This document shows positions 24,241 through 33,810 of a stretch of 33,810 nucleotides of DNA, one piece after another. Origin of the DNA: a virus (Duplodnaviria > Caudoviricetes); IMG/VR virus record IMGVR_UViG_3300048041_000145, positions 1-33,810 of that record. One strand, written 5' to 3'. Position 1 is the stretch's first letter. The number at the start of each line of letters is the position of its first letter. The position numbers were made by a program, and so were the translations under genes. The notes beneath the pieces are model-generated. The model did not search any database and was not told the origin of the DNA. It was given only the letters and a program-made list of their open reading frames with translations.

Positions 24241-24720
24241 ATGAGTCGTTATAATTATACAGACATTTTGGATACCTTACATGAAAAGATAACCGCATTA
24301 ACCAACTCTAGCAGCCCACCCACACCAATTTATAATGATGTGGTAATAGGTGAATCCCCAAATATCAGCCTAATCAATGGAACTTTAGCTGAAATATTCC
24401 TAAGTAGAGTGTTAAAGGAAGGTTACAGGGGATTAAAAAATCAAGGCCGAGCAGCCTTAGTGGAAGGGGTGATTATAACCATAGTTCCCGGTACTAATGA
24501 AGCGGCTTTTAAAACATGTATTGATAGCTGTGATTTTGTTGAAGAGTTTTTTGAGAATAAAAAATCATTAGGTTTGGATGGTGTGTTAACTTCAACACCA
24601 GGGTCTATGAATCAGAATTGGCGTATTGTGGATGTGAATAAACCTCGTTTCCCTAAAACTCCTAATCTATGCATTGCAGGTGCAACTGTTTTCTATGTTA
24701 CTGTAACAAAAGCAGCTTAA
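24241..24720 (+). CDS. Putative tail terminator protein
   Basis: Position and size; ILDTLHEKI N-terminal helix and SLGLDGV motif. Confidence 0.6.
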   Translation: MSRYNYTDILDTLHEKITALTNSSSPPTPIYNDVVIGESPNISLINGTLAEIFLSRVLKEGYRGLKNQGRAALVEGVIITIVPGTNEAAFKTCIDSCDFVEEFFENKKSLGLDGVLTSTPGSMNQNWRIVDVNKPRFPKTPNLCIAGATVFYVTVTKAA

Positions 24721-24765
24721 AACTTATTTTTTATCTTTATAAAAACGATTTGGAGGTAATATACC

Positions 24766-25041
24766 ATGCTTGAAATAACTCAAGCAAACTTAGATGAACT
24801 CGTAACATATTACGTGAATGCAAATGACAAGCAGACAGCTAAGAATTTCATAAACAGTTGGGGTCCTAAGATTCCAGGATACGATATACAAGCAGCATTA
24901 AACAAAATAGATAACCCCACACCACCAGCTCCATCAAATCCAACAGGACCTCAACCTAAAACTGAAAGTCAACCAAATACTCAGACTCCGCAGTCTGAAG
25001 GGGTAAGTACACCCCCAAATATAGATGAAACTAAAAAGTAA
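24766..25041 (+). CDS. Hypothetical protein with Pro/Thr/Gln-rich tail
   Basis: GGAGGT SD; low-complexity C-terminus. Confidence 0.7.
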   Translation: MLEITQANLDELVTYYVNANDKQTAKNFINSWGPKIPGYDIQAALNKIDNPTPPAPSNPTGPQPKTESQPNTQTPQSEGVSTPPNIDETKK

Positions 25042-25056
25042 TGGAGGAATAAAATT

Positions 25057-25845
25057 ATGGACCAAGATATAAACATAATGGATATATTAATGAATGATAG
25101 TTTCGCCTTTTACCTAGGCGTTCCACATATACAAGAAGCAATGGATTTAGCAGTCATAGGCAGCCCAAACAGTAACACCACTGTTTATAATTTAGCCAAC
25201 TACCCTCTATACTGCCAGAATCCGGTGGGAATCACTCCCACAGCAGCCGATGTATTAGTCCAAACTGTCTCAGGTGGAACTGCCACTAACTTAGCATTAG
25301 CCTTAAGTGAACCAATTCAGGATGTAACCGATAGTTTAGGGAATAGTGTACCCGGCGCTGTGAAATTAGCAGCAGCACCAGGAAGTGGAGTAACACCAGT
25401 AGCAACTTATTATGAGCAACTAGAACCGTTCATAGCTCAGGATATTACACCAGCTGTGAAACAGAATGTAAAGAAAGTAGAAAAACTTGGTGATACTAAT
25501 ATCATGTACGGTTACGGTAGTATTGACATATCACTGAAATCTGATCAGATAATAAGCAATGACAGTATGGAAATGTTCCAAAAATTAATGTTCCAAAATT
25601 ACAGTGGAAACCAGCTCCCAGAAAGTGGATACAATGCTTATCAGATGCTAACCAAACCTATATCATTATTTGCACATATACCAGTCACAGATTACAATGA
25701 TGAGGTTATAGGTATCTTTAAATTCGCTCAGTGTAAATTATCTCCAACATTCCCCGGAGTGAAGGCAGGAGACACAGGGAAATTTACGCTCGATATGAGT
25801 ATCCAAGAGAATCCTACTTTGCTTGTACCATCAGTAGCTGTTTAA
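25057..25845 (+). CDS. Putative major tail (tube) protein with inserted beta domain
   Basis: Position upstream of chaperone and TMP; beta-rich; GAVKLAAAPGSGVTPVATY insertion motif. Confidence 0.65.
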   Translation: MDQDINIMDILMNDSFAFYLGVPHIQEAMDLAVIGSPNSNTTVYNLANYPLYCQNPVGITPTAADVLVQTVSGGTATNLALALSEPIQDVTDSLGNSVPGAVKLAAAPGSGVTPVATYYEQLEPFIAQDITPAVKQNVKKVEKLGDTNIMYGYGSIDISLKSDQIISNDSMEMFQKLMFQNYSGNQLPESGYNAYQMLTKPISLFAHIPVTDYNDEVIGIFKFAQCKLSPTFPGVKAGDTGKFTLDMSIQENPTLLVPSVAV

Positions 25846-25968
25846 AACCTTCTTTTCTTTTTTGGAGATTATTTTACTTCTTTTTTTATTTTTTTAATGC
25901 TGAATATTAACTTAAAACTTTTTTTATTAAAAAATTTTAGAGAATAAAAAAGATGAAGGAATAAAAGA

Positions 25969-26355
25969 ATGTATAAAGATGAATTTGAAGAACCAAAAAA
26001 TAATATAACAAATGAAGATGCATGTAACATAATTGAATCAGTTGTTAAAGAACTTAAAGACCCTGATAGAATCAAAATAGTTAGGAAACTATATTACAGC
26101 AAATATCCTTTAAGTATTTACACTATTGCAGAGGAGTTGGTAAATCATTTGAATGCACTGGAAAACTTAGGGATTATAGCTAAAACTGATAAGAGCAGTT
26201 ATGAGAATCAGAAATATTATTTAACTGAATTTGGACAGAAATTATTTAAATTAGATAAGGATGCTCAATTAAAAAAGATAAATAAAGCACATAATAAATT
26301 CCAATATAAAGCAAAAGAATTATGGAATAAAGAAGAAGACGAAGAGGTAATTTAA
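25969..26355 (+). CDS. ArsR-like winged-helix protein inserted in the tail operon
   Basis: LKDPDRIKIV..L...LSIYTIAEEL..HLNALENLGII...YYLTEFG. Confidence 0.7.
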   Translation: MYKDEFEEPKNNITNEDACNIIESVVKELKDPDRIKIVRKLYYSKYPLSIYTIAEELVNHLNALENLGIIAKTDKSSYENQKYYLTEFGQKLFKLDKDAQLKKINKAHNKFQYKAKELWNKEEDEEVI

Positions 26356-26892
26356 ATGGTAAACATACCTATGCTCTATAGAACAGAAAAAATAGATTTA
26401 AATGGACATGAACTAGTATTAGGTGGATTCAGAGCATCTGATTTTCCACATGTGAAGATAATTGACCATAACCAGAATCAGAGGATGCGAATACAGGGAT
26501 TATTGAATGTGTTGACAAATGGTAAAGAGAAAGACACTGATTACAGTAAAGAGGAAATATTGGAAATTATGGATATGAGGGATGAGGCCCTTGAATTAAA
26601 CAATGGAATTAAAGATTTAAGAAGCATAATAGCTCAAAGAGGATTAAAACGGTTCTATTATAAAAATGAACCTGAATTCAAGCAAGCCGAGAAAGAAGGT
26701 ACACTTACCGATTATATTGATTCATTAGAAGATGTTCCTTTAGATCTTGTGGATGAATTAACAGTATACAATGCTATGAGCAGAATTAGCAAAACCAGGC
26801 GACCGCTGGATTTTCAGGAAACGAAAGAAAAGGACCTTACAGAAAAACCAGGAAACAAATCGAAGAAGAAATCGAAGATTTCTACGAGCTAA
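26356..26892 (+). CDS. Tail assembly chaperone (gpG-like)
   Basis: Between major tail and TMP; contains a slippery heptamer at 26808-26814. Confidence 0.7.
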   Translation: MVNIPMLYRTEKIDLNGHELVLGGFRASDFPHVKIIDHNQNQRMRIQGLLNVLTNGKEKDTDYSKEEILEIMDMRDEALELNNGIKDLRSIIAQRGLKRFYYKNEPEFKQAEKEGTLTDYIDSLEDVPLDLVDELTVYNAMSRISKTRRPLDFQETKEKDLTEKPGNKSKKKSKISTS

Positions 26893-27083
26893 TTACTAAA
26901 ACAGCTTATAATTGGGGTAAAGATTTAGGTTATGTTTTTGAACAGCCTTTAATTACTATTTTAGATATTATAGCTCCACCTGGTAAACGTGGAAAATCTA
27001 AAGGAGAATTATTGGAAGGGTTGAAAAAGTTAGATAAATCTCATAGAAGATTTCAGGAGATCGGGAGAAATAAGAGAAAGTAA
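26814..27083 (+). CDS. -1 frameshift extension of the tail chaperone (gpGT-like C-terminus)
   Basis: -1 frame open from 26790 to TAA 27083 with no ATG; entered at G_GAT_TTT (26808-26814); encodes SGNERKGPYRKTRKQIEEEIEDFYELITKTAYNWGKDLGYVFEQP... Confidence 0.7.
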   Translation, partial: SGNERKGPYRKTRKQIEEEIEDFYELITKTAYNWGKDLGYVFEQPLITILDIIAPPGKRGKSKGELLEGLKKLDKSHRRFQEIGRNKRK

Positions 27084-27135
27084 TACTTTTATTTTTAGTC
27101 CTTTATAAGTAAAAAATAAAACACCCGTATTTTAG

Positions 27136-27429
27136 TTAATTTTGTAATACTTTTTTATTGTCTTTTCTATATTCACTCCTCAAGAATAGTATGAATATTA
27201 TGAATCCGCCAATCGCCCCTAAGAATATGCCAACATTTACTACAAGTCCTATAAGTGCTATAATCCCAAAAAAGATGAATGCAAACAATAGGATGCTAAT
27301 TAAACGGCCTGATGTCATTTTTTTATGAGGTCTATCCTTGGCAGTGATTGGCCTCCCACACTTAGGGCAAGATTTTGCTTTTTCACTTATTTGATGATTA
27401 CAATCAGGGCAATCAATTAAATTTGTCAT
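27136..27429 (-). CDS. Double Zn-ribbon membrane protein (moron-like)
   Basis: CPDC..QISEKAKSCPKCGRP plus two TM helices; opposite strand within the tail operon. Confidence 0.8.
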   Translation of the reverse strand: MTNLIDCPDCNHQISEKAKSCPKCGRPITAKDRPHKKMTSGRLISILLFAFIFFGIIALIGLVVNVGIFLGAIGGFIIFILFLRSEYRKDNKKVLQN

Positions 27430-27491
27430 GAATATTCTTTTATTATTTTTTATTATTTAACATTTTCCTATCTAATTTCTGGAGGTTTAAC

Positions 27492-30400
27492 ATGACAGAT
27501 AAAGAATTAGGTATCACTGTAGCTGGTGATATTGAATCTATAGAGGAAGCATTGAGCAATTTAACTGAGTTACTCGAAGATTTACCAGATTCAGTATCAA
27601 TAGACATGGAATTATCGGGTGATGTAGTTGAACAGATCCAAAATCTCCAGGACAACCTTAACGAACTCCAGGGGGAAGATGTAGAACCTGAAGTAGATTT
27701 AGGTGGAGATGGTCAAGACCAAATTGATGATATTCAAACGACTCTTGATGATATCAACGGGGAAAGTGTAGAACCGGATCTTGAAATTTCAGGTGATGGT
27801 CAATCAGAAATACAAAATATCCAAACCACATTAGATGATATCAATGGAGAATCAATCGAACCGGATATAACACTTAATGATGACGCTGAAACACAAATAG
27901 ATACTATTAAAACTGATTTAGAAGATATTAATGGTGAAACGGTCACTCCGGAGGTTAATGTTGATGGCGATGCTATAACAAACTTACCAGCTATAAAAGA
28001 TGATATAGAGTCCTTACCAGCCACTCAGGATATTGAAATAAACCAGGAAGGAGATGCGGATACTCAAATCGAAACAATTAAAAATGATATCGAAAGTATC
28101 CCATCAGAGCAAGATGTATCTATCAACCAAACAGGTGATGCGGATACTCAGATTGAAACAATTAAAGACGATGCCGAATCCATACCTACTACTATAGATA
28201 TTGATGTTGAAACTGATGCTGGTGATGCTGATAGCCAACTAGAAAATACTAAAAGCGACGCTGATGATTTAAGTAGTTCTGAAGGCGATGCTGGTCAAGC
28301 GGGTGAACAGGCTGGAAGTGACATTAGCGATGGTATGGGTGTAGCAGCTACTGGAATAACCGCGGTTAGTGCAGAAGCGGAAAATTTGACACAGCAATTA
28401 TATGACGATCAAACCGCTATGCAACAATTAGCAATATTCACCGGTGAAACCAACAGTCAAATGACTACATTAGTTAATAATGTTACAAGTGCTTCCGTTT
28501 CTCAGCAATATGCTGAACAATATATTCAAACACTCATGCAGTTAGGAGTTCCTAATGATTTACTTCAGAAAAATGCGGAGGAATTAGCTAAAATCGGAGA
28601 AGCCACAGGCAATGACTCTGAAACTACCTCAGCTTTCGCTCAGACTGTGGTGGCGTTGGGTGGTGATGCTCAGGATATGGGTGATTATCTTGGAATGGCT
28701 GGGTATGAGCAGCAGAACTTCGTAGGAGGTCTTCAAAACTTCTCGCAGATGGCACCGATGTTCGCTGTTCAAATGAGTGCGATGGGATTCAGTACGCAAC
28801 AATCAGCGGTGATAATGGCTGATATGAGTCAGAAAACCGGTGGAACTAGAAAAGGAATGATGGCGTTAATGACTGCTGCGAATGGAAGCGGAGCTGCATT
28901 ACTAAATGAATTGAATACTACTACTCCGGCGGTTAATGATCAAGCCAATAGTTTCGGGAATTATACGGATAAAGTTAATGCAGCATCAGCTGCAGATGAG
29001 AACAATCAATCATGGGTAGCTCAACTACAAACAGAGTATACTAAATTAATGCTTACTTTAGGAGATATCGGACCAGAGATTCTCACAATAGCTGGAGCTA
29101 TTGGTACGTTGGTTGCAGGACCATCAGCGGCTGCATGGCTTGTTGATAAACTATTCCAAACGGATTTCCAAACTGCTTATAACGGTTGGTTAAAAACTAA
29201 ATTAGAGCCAGTTACAGATTTAATGAAAAGTGCTTTGCAGAAAGCAGGAGTAGATATAGGCGATTCCGCAGAAGATGCAGGTAAAACAGTAGATAATGAT
29301 GTAGGAAAAGCAACAGAGGATATGGGGAATAGTTTTAAAAGCGGTTTTAATTATGTGAATGAAACTATTGAGAATGCTGGAGATGAATTAAATTTCAGCG
29401 ATATAGGTGAAAGATTTGATACTGAGTTTGTCGATGTTGGAAATGGTATAAAGAGTGGAATTAGTGATATTGGTAGTACAATTAAATCAGGATTAGGAAA
29501 TGTTGGGAATACAGTTACAGACGGTGCAAATTCGCTTAAATCTGATTTTGATTATATTGGCAGCTCAATTAAAACATCAATTGGTGACTGGAAAGACGGT
29601 TTTTCAGGTGCTGATGATGGCGTTATCGATATGTTCAAGAATTTAGATGGAACATGGGAAGCTCAATCTCCAAATTTCTTAGAGAAAATTGTAACTTTCG
29701 GTAAGAATATTACCGGAGATTTAACAGATGGAATTAATCTTCCAGATTTATCCAGTTTAGGAGGTAAAATTCCGGATAGTTTAACGGAAGGAATAGGTTC
29801 TAAAGTTGGAGATTTAATTCCCGGTGTTGGTGAAATATTAGCTGTGGTTACTACCGGTATTCAGGGAGTTTATGGTTATACTCAGAATACGAAGGAAGGA
29901 CCAATAGGAGTTATGTTAGGTCTGTGGGGATTATCATTACCAGCTCCTTTAGAGAAGATTGAAAGTTTATTAAGTGCGGATAGTATTTTGTCAGGTCTTT
30001 TAGGACCAGGTGAAGGAGAAAAAATAACTAGTCAGCTTAATCAAACTTTCAATGTTCCTATAATGAATGCTTTAAATCCGATTCCAGGAGAGGTTGAAAA
30101 AGATTTAAGTGGAATACCATCAGCGATAACTAATGCTTTCAAAGGAAGTGGTGGTAATCCGTTAGCGGGTTTAGAAACTGATTTCGATAACGGACTTAAC
30201 GGTATTAAATCAGATGTAACCGGTTTTGTTAGTTGGATTAGCGGAGAACCTATGAAGATGACTTCATGGAAATGGAGTAATGTAACCGGAAATATAGGGG
30301 ATATAATAGGTGGAATAGAGAAGGATTTAGGTGGCTTACAGAGTTGGGTAACTAGTTTTAAATTACCGTCCAGTTATCAGTTAGGACAGGATTTAGTAGT

Positions 30401-31871
30401 AGGATTAACTGATGCTGTTTGGGGAATAGTAGATGCGGTTAAAGATATTGAAGGCGGATATAATGATTTAAAATCTTTCTTAGGAAAACTGCCTAGTGAA
30501 ATATCAGCCGATGCGAATAATATTTGGAAAAGCATAACCGGTGGATTAAGTGAAGCCGAGAAAGATATAACCGGCGGTATTAAAACAGTTGAAGCCGATT
30601 TTACAAACTTTGAGAGTGATATTAAGAAAATACCTAGTGAAATAGAAGCTGATGCTAAGAATATTTGGAATGGACTGGTAGCTGGATATAATGATGTTAA
30701 AGCAGATATTTTAGGTGGAATAAATGATGTTAAGAAAGATTTCACAGATTTTGAAAGTTGGATTACTAGTATTCCTAGTCAAATTGAATCCGATGCTCGG
30801 AATGTTTGGAATGGATTAGTAACTGGATATAATGATGTTAAAGCAGATATATTTAATATACCTAATGAGATTAAAAAGGATATAACCGATTTTGAAAGTT
30901 GGCTTACCGGTATTCCGGGGCAGATTGAAACTGATGCAGAAAATATTTGGAAAGGATTTGTTACTGGAATAAAGAATGAAGAATCAGCCATAGAAACTGA
31001 AATAAGTAATTTAGAAACGGATTTCTGGAATGATGTTAAATGGATTGAAGATTTACCGGATGAAATGTTAAAATATGGAGAAGGGGTTATAACTGGTTTT
31101 ATTCAGGGAATGGAAAACAAAGTTCCCGGATTAAATCAAGCATTAGCAGCTTTATCCGCATTATTTCCACATAGTCCTCCAGAAACAGGACCATTAACTG
31201 ATGTAAATCCAGATAATATGACAAATTATGCAGATACATTGATGAATGGATTCATAACCGGCGTAACGAATAATATAACTGGAGTTTTAAATGCTTTAAA
31301 AACTATTGCGAGTTTATTCCCTCACAGTCCAGTAGAATCCGGACCATTAGCGGAGGTTAATGATACTAATATGACGGATTACGGTGGTAGTTTAATGACA
31401 GCTTTAGCTACCGGTATAACTGATGGTACTCCAGCGGTTAGTAGTGCTTTAAAAGCAGTATCATCTGATATTAATTCAACAGTAAGCTCAAGTTCTGCTG
31501 GTGGTTCGTTAAATGCTTTATCAGTTACTAATACAGCGGATTCTACTCTTTCAGCTTTAACTACTACTGCAACTACCGCAGCTAGTGCTTTGAATGCTTT
31601 AACTCAAGCTTCATTGGTGGCTGCTAATACCTCCACATCATCGGCGATTGAACAAGCATCTGCTGCGGCGAATGCAGGGGCAACTGCCCAACAAGTAACA
31701 GTGAATTTCCATCCTAATAGTATTCAATTACCGGAGGGAGTTACACCTGATTCAGCGAGAGCAATTGCAGGAGCTTTTGGAGATGAAGTTGCGAAAAGGA
31801 TTAACAGAGGTGCGATAAGTGCGGGTATAAAACCTTATAGTATTTATAATAATCCGAATTTGAATAGATAA
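27492..31871 (+). CDS. Tape measure protein
   Basis: 1459 aa, helical, follows the chaperone; Trp/Phe-spaced repeats and FPHSP..GPL motifs; GGAGGT SD. Confidence 0.9.
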   Translation: MTDKELGITVAGDIESIEEALSNLTELLEDLPDSVSIDMELSGDVVEQIQNLQDNLNELQGEDVEPEVDLGGDGQDQIDDIQTTLDDINGESVEPDLEISGDGQSEIQNIQTTLDDINGESIEPDITLNDDAETQIDTIKTDLEDINGETVTPEVNVDGDAITNLPAIKDDIESLPATQDIEINQEGDADTQIETIKNDIESIPSEQDVSINQTGDADTQIETIKDDAESIPTTIDIDVETDAGDADSQLENTKSDADDLSSSEGDAGQAGEQAGSDISDGMGVAATGITAVSAEAENLTQQLYDDQTAMQQLAIFTGETNSQMTTLVNNVTSASVSQQYAEQYIQTLMQLGVPNDLLQKNAEELAKIGEATGNDSETTSAFAQTVVALGGDAQDMGDYLGMAGYEQQNFVGGLQNFSQMAPMFAVQMSAMGFSTQQSAVIMADMSQKTGGTRKGMMALMTAANGSGAALLNELNTTTPAVNDQANSFGNYTDKVNAASAADENNQSWVAQLQTEYTKLMLTLGDIGPEILTIAGAIGTLVAGPSAAAWLVDKLFQTDFQTAYNGWLKTKLEPVTDLMKSALQKAGVDIGDSAEDAGKTVDNDVGKATEDMGNSFKSGFNYVNETIENAGDELNFSDIGERFDTEFVDVGNGIKSGISDIGSTIKSGLGNVGNTVTDGANSLKSDFDYIGSSIKTSIGDWKDGFSGADDGVIDMFKNLDGTWEAQSPNFLEKIVTFGKNITGDLTDGINLPDLSSLGGKIPDSLTEGIGSKVGDLIPGVGEILAVVTTGIQGVYGYTQNTKEGPIGVMLGLWGLSLPAPLEKIESLLSADSILSGLLGPGEGEKITSQLNQTFNVPIMNALNPIPGEVEKDLSGIPSAITNAFKGSGGNPLAGLETDFDNGLNGIKSDVTGFVSWISGEPMKMTSWKWSNVTGNIGDIIGGIEKDLGGLQSWVTSFKLPSSYQLGQDLVVGLTDAVWGIVDAVKDIEGGYNDLKSFLGKLPSEISADANNIWKSITGGLSEAEKDITGGIKTVEADFTNFESDIKKIPSEIEADAKNIWNGLVAGYNDVKADILGGINDVKKDFTDFESWITSIPSQIESDARNVWNGLVTGYNDVKADIFNIPNEIKKDITDFESWLTGIPGQIETDAENIWKGFVTGIKNEESAIETEISNLETDFWNDVKWIEDLPDEMLKYGEGVITGFIQGMENKVPGLNQALAALSALFPHSPPETGPLTDVNPDNMTNYADTLMNGFITGVTNNITGVLNALKTIASLFPHSPVESGPLAEVNDTNMTDYGGSLMTALATGITDGTPAVSSALKAVSSDINSTVSSSSAGGSLNALSVTNTADSTLSALTTTATTAASALNALTQASLVAANTSTSSAIEQASAAANAGATAQQVTVNFHPNSIQLPEGVTPDSARAIAGAFGDEVAKRINRGAISAGIKPYSIYNNPNLNR
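30489..31052 (+). repeat. Four 141-bp (47-aa) tandem repeats in TMP
   Basis: Units begin at 30489, 30630, 30771 and 30912 ((L/I)PSEI.ADA.NIW). Confidence 0.85.
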
Positions 31872-31892
31872 AAAAATAGAGGAGATGATTTT

Positions 31893-32393
31893 ATGGGAGG
31901 AATAGAAGGGGTTGAACCTCAATCATCAGAGGAAAGTGGGAATAGTAGACATATAACTACTGTTAAATGGCAGGATAGTGATGGTAAATGGCATAATGCC
32001 CTTGAAGTAAGTCCTACATCAGTTACTGCAATAGTAGAACCGCCAACCGGGGGATTTGCACAGGAAGCGGATGGTAATTTAGCAGCATTAGTGGCTAATA
32101 CTAAACCATTACAAACAGCTACATCAGATATAACTAATGAAACTGCAACTGCTGATGGGGTTATAACGGTAACTACTAATGAGGATGGTTCCGTAACTTA
32201 TACTTTCCCAACTGCGATGAATGGAATAAATATTCTTAACACATCCACTAGTACGAGCATGAGTTTCATTATTGGAGGATTAACAACAAATTTAGCAGCA
32301 GGTCAAGGATATAGAGATAGATTCCCCTCATTCCTAGCGGTTACAGTTAGCAGCGGTGCGGATTTCGTTTTAAAGGGTTTACAAAATGTATAA
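31893..32393 (+). CDS. Beta-rich virion/tail protein (putative)
   Basis: GAGGAG SD; directly after TMP; Thr/Gly-rich. Confidence 0.65.
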   Translation: MGGIEGVEPQSSEESGNSRHITTVKWQDSDGKWHNALEVSPTSVTAIVEPPTGGFAQEADGNLAALVANTKPLQTATSDITNETATADGVITVTTNEDGSVTYTFPTAMNGINILNTSTSTSMSFIIGGLTTNLAAGQGYRDRFPSFLAVTVSSGADFVLKGLQNV

Positions 32394-32407
32394 AGGAGAT
32401 GTAAAGA

Positions 32408-33340
32408 ATGGTATTCAATAATCCTTATACAACATTTAATGGAGATGTATCGGAACAAGAGGATAGTGTAAATGCTGTTGAATCTTTAGACCTACATAAT
32501 CCCGGCGGTTCACCTGCAATTGCGAGCAGAGCTATAACAGAGAATACAGGTGAATGGGAAATACAAGTTCGGTTAGATAGTTCTGATAATAGGGAACTCT
32601 TTGGTTATGTTTTTTTAGGAACTGATATATTCGATGTAGCAAATGTCCTACACTCTGTGGGGAGTGCAAATTCTTACGCTGTTGAAATAGCGGGTGTTTG
32701 GGCTGTATTTGGTGCTCCTTCAACTCCTTCGGTAAGATTGGTAAAATTGAATGATACAATCAATGATGATGGTTCTTATTCGCCAACTATTCTATTATCA
32801 CAAGCTATAAATCAAGCGGATATTAATGGAACTCATATTTTGAATGTAACTAGAGTGGTAAATGAAGATAGCAGTGTTACTTTTACTTTAACCTATAATG
32901 GAGTTGAAATAGGAACTGTTAATGATGAAACTTATACAGAGTTTAATACAGAATATTTAGTGAACACTCAAAATCCTAGTTCTAATGCTTATGTGGATTA
33001 TGTTAAGAAAGATGGAGTTACTCTATTGGGAACTGTTATTTCTCCACCAACACCCAGTTTTACCAACACCCCGAAACCATTAACTGTGAACTTCACAGAT
33101 ACATCCACCGGAAGCCCGACTAGTTGGTTATGGGATTTTGGAGATGGGAATACATCAACAGAACAGAATCCAACCCATATCTATGAGGAGGCAGGAACTT
33201 ATAGCGTAACTTTAACCGCAACCAACGCCGGAGGTAATAACACCAGCACAGCACAGTCTATAACCGTTTCTAATGCTCCAGCTCAGGGTGCGAATAGTAA
33301 TGCTAAGAATGTGAATGAAAATATTTACGGATTTTATTGA
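32408..33340 (+). CDS. PKD-domain tail/adhesin protein
   Basis: [46 protein letters not shown] is a canonical PKD domain; N-terminal beta-sandwich/lectin-like region. Confidence 0.88.
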   Translation: MVFNNPYTTFNGDVSEQEDSVNAVESLDLHNPGGSPAIASRAITENTGEWEIQVRLDSSDNRELFGYVFLGTDIFDVANVLHSVGSANSYAVEIAGVWAVFGAPSTPSVRLVKLNDTINDDGSYSPTILLSQAINQADINGTHILNVTRVVNEDSSVTFTLTYNGVEIGTVNDETYTEFNTEYLVNTQNPSSNAYVDYVKKDGVTLLGTVISPPTPSFTNTPKPLTVNFTDTSTGSPTSWLWDFGDGNTSTEQNPTHIYEEAGTYSVTLTATNAGGNNTSTAQSITVSNAPAQGANSNAKNVNENIYGFY

Positions 33341-33396
33341 AATAGAAAATTAAAAATTTTGAAATAATATTTTTTTTTATAGGAGGTTAATAGAAA

Positions 33397-33810
33397 ATGG
33401 GAAGTTACAGTACATATTTATCGGATGCAATTTTAGGTCATATTGTAGGAAAAACACCTTATACTATGCCGGAAGCTTTTTTAGCGGTTAGTACAGCTAA
33501 TCCTTTAGTTTCAGGTTCTGGAATAGCCGAACCTGTGGGTAATGGTTATGCGAGGGTGGCTACTGTTGCGGGTGATTGGAATACTCCATCAGCGGGTGCG
33601 ATTAATAATGCGAATGCTTTTAATTTTCCCGCAGCGACTGGAGCGTGGGGTACGATAGCTTATTTCATGTTAATGGATGCATTAACAGGAGGAAATATGT
33701 TAGCTTTCGGTCAAACACTTGATCCATCAGGGAATGTAACTACGAAGGTTATTGCTAATGGTGATGTTTTAAGTATGGCAGCGGGAAGTTTAGTGATTAC
33801 TCAACTCTAA
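33397..33810 (+). CDS. Phage tail-associated protein
   Basis: YLSDAIL, GYARV, FPAATGAWGTIAYF...DALTGGNML motif set common in phage tail proteins; GGAGGT SD; ends with TAA at the window edge. Confidence 0.8.
   Translation: MGSYSTYLSDAILGHIVGKTPYTMPEAFLAVSTANPLVSGSGIAEPVGNGYARVATVAGDWNTPSAGAINNANAFNFPAATGAWGTIAYFMLMDALTGGNMLAFGQTLDPSGNVTTKVIANGDVLSMAAGSLVITQL

Noticed and set aside
18937-32759. Minus-strand ORFs opposite structural genes (e.g. 19448, 21415, 22148, 23539, 27800, 30377, 32532)
   Set aside because: Antisense shadows of well-supported plus-strand genes.

Overview
A 33.8-kb, AT-rich, almost entirely plus-strand segment of a tailed archaeal virus or provirus (Caudoviricetes, siphovirus-like). 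The host is probably a methanogen of the Methanobacteriales; this is inferred from archaeal TATA promoters, GGAGG/GGTGA ribosome-binding sites, T-tract terminators, an archaeal-type tRNA-Trp, TFIIB-like zinc ribbons, and methanogen-adhesin-type Ig and PKD domains. Layout: (i) regulatory block of two AbrB-like genes around a BRO-N antirepressor; (ii) early operon of many small proteins (RHH, Zn fingers, SWIM, OB-fold SSB-like), interrupted by a non-coding island at 3845-4440 (structured RNA, tRNA-like RNA with extended anticodon arm, tRNA-Trp(CCA), AT-rich tract plus iteron-like repeats); (iii) adjacent genes resembling the cyclin fold and Zn ribbon of TFB; (iv) a hairpin-dense non-coding region at 9370-10520 containing an HNH-AP2 endonuclease gene; (v) putative lysis/membrane cassette; (vi) packaging and virion genes: TerS, TerL, methyltransferase-GT32 fusion, MuF-like, portal, protease with nested scaffold, major capsid, neck, major tail, tail chaperone with -1 frameshift, 1459-aa tape measure, PKD and tail proteins. 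The most unusual signal is a set of plus-strand stem-loops whose G-poor loops are complementary to Shine-Dalgarno and start-codon regions, a candidate viral antisense translation-silencing RNA array. No integrase, replicase, endolysin or CRISPR array was recognised in the window. All protein calls come from motif recognition by eye and gene order, not from database searches.
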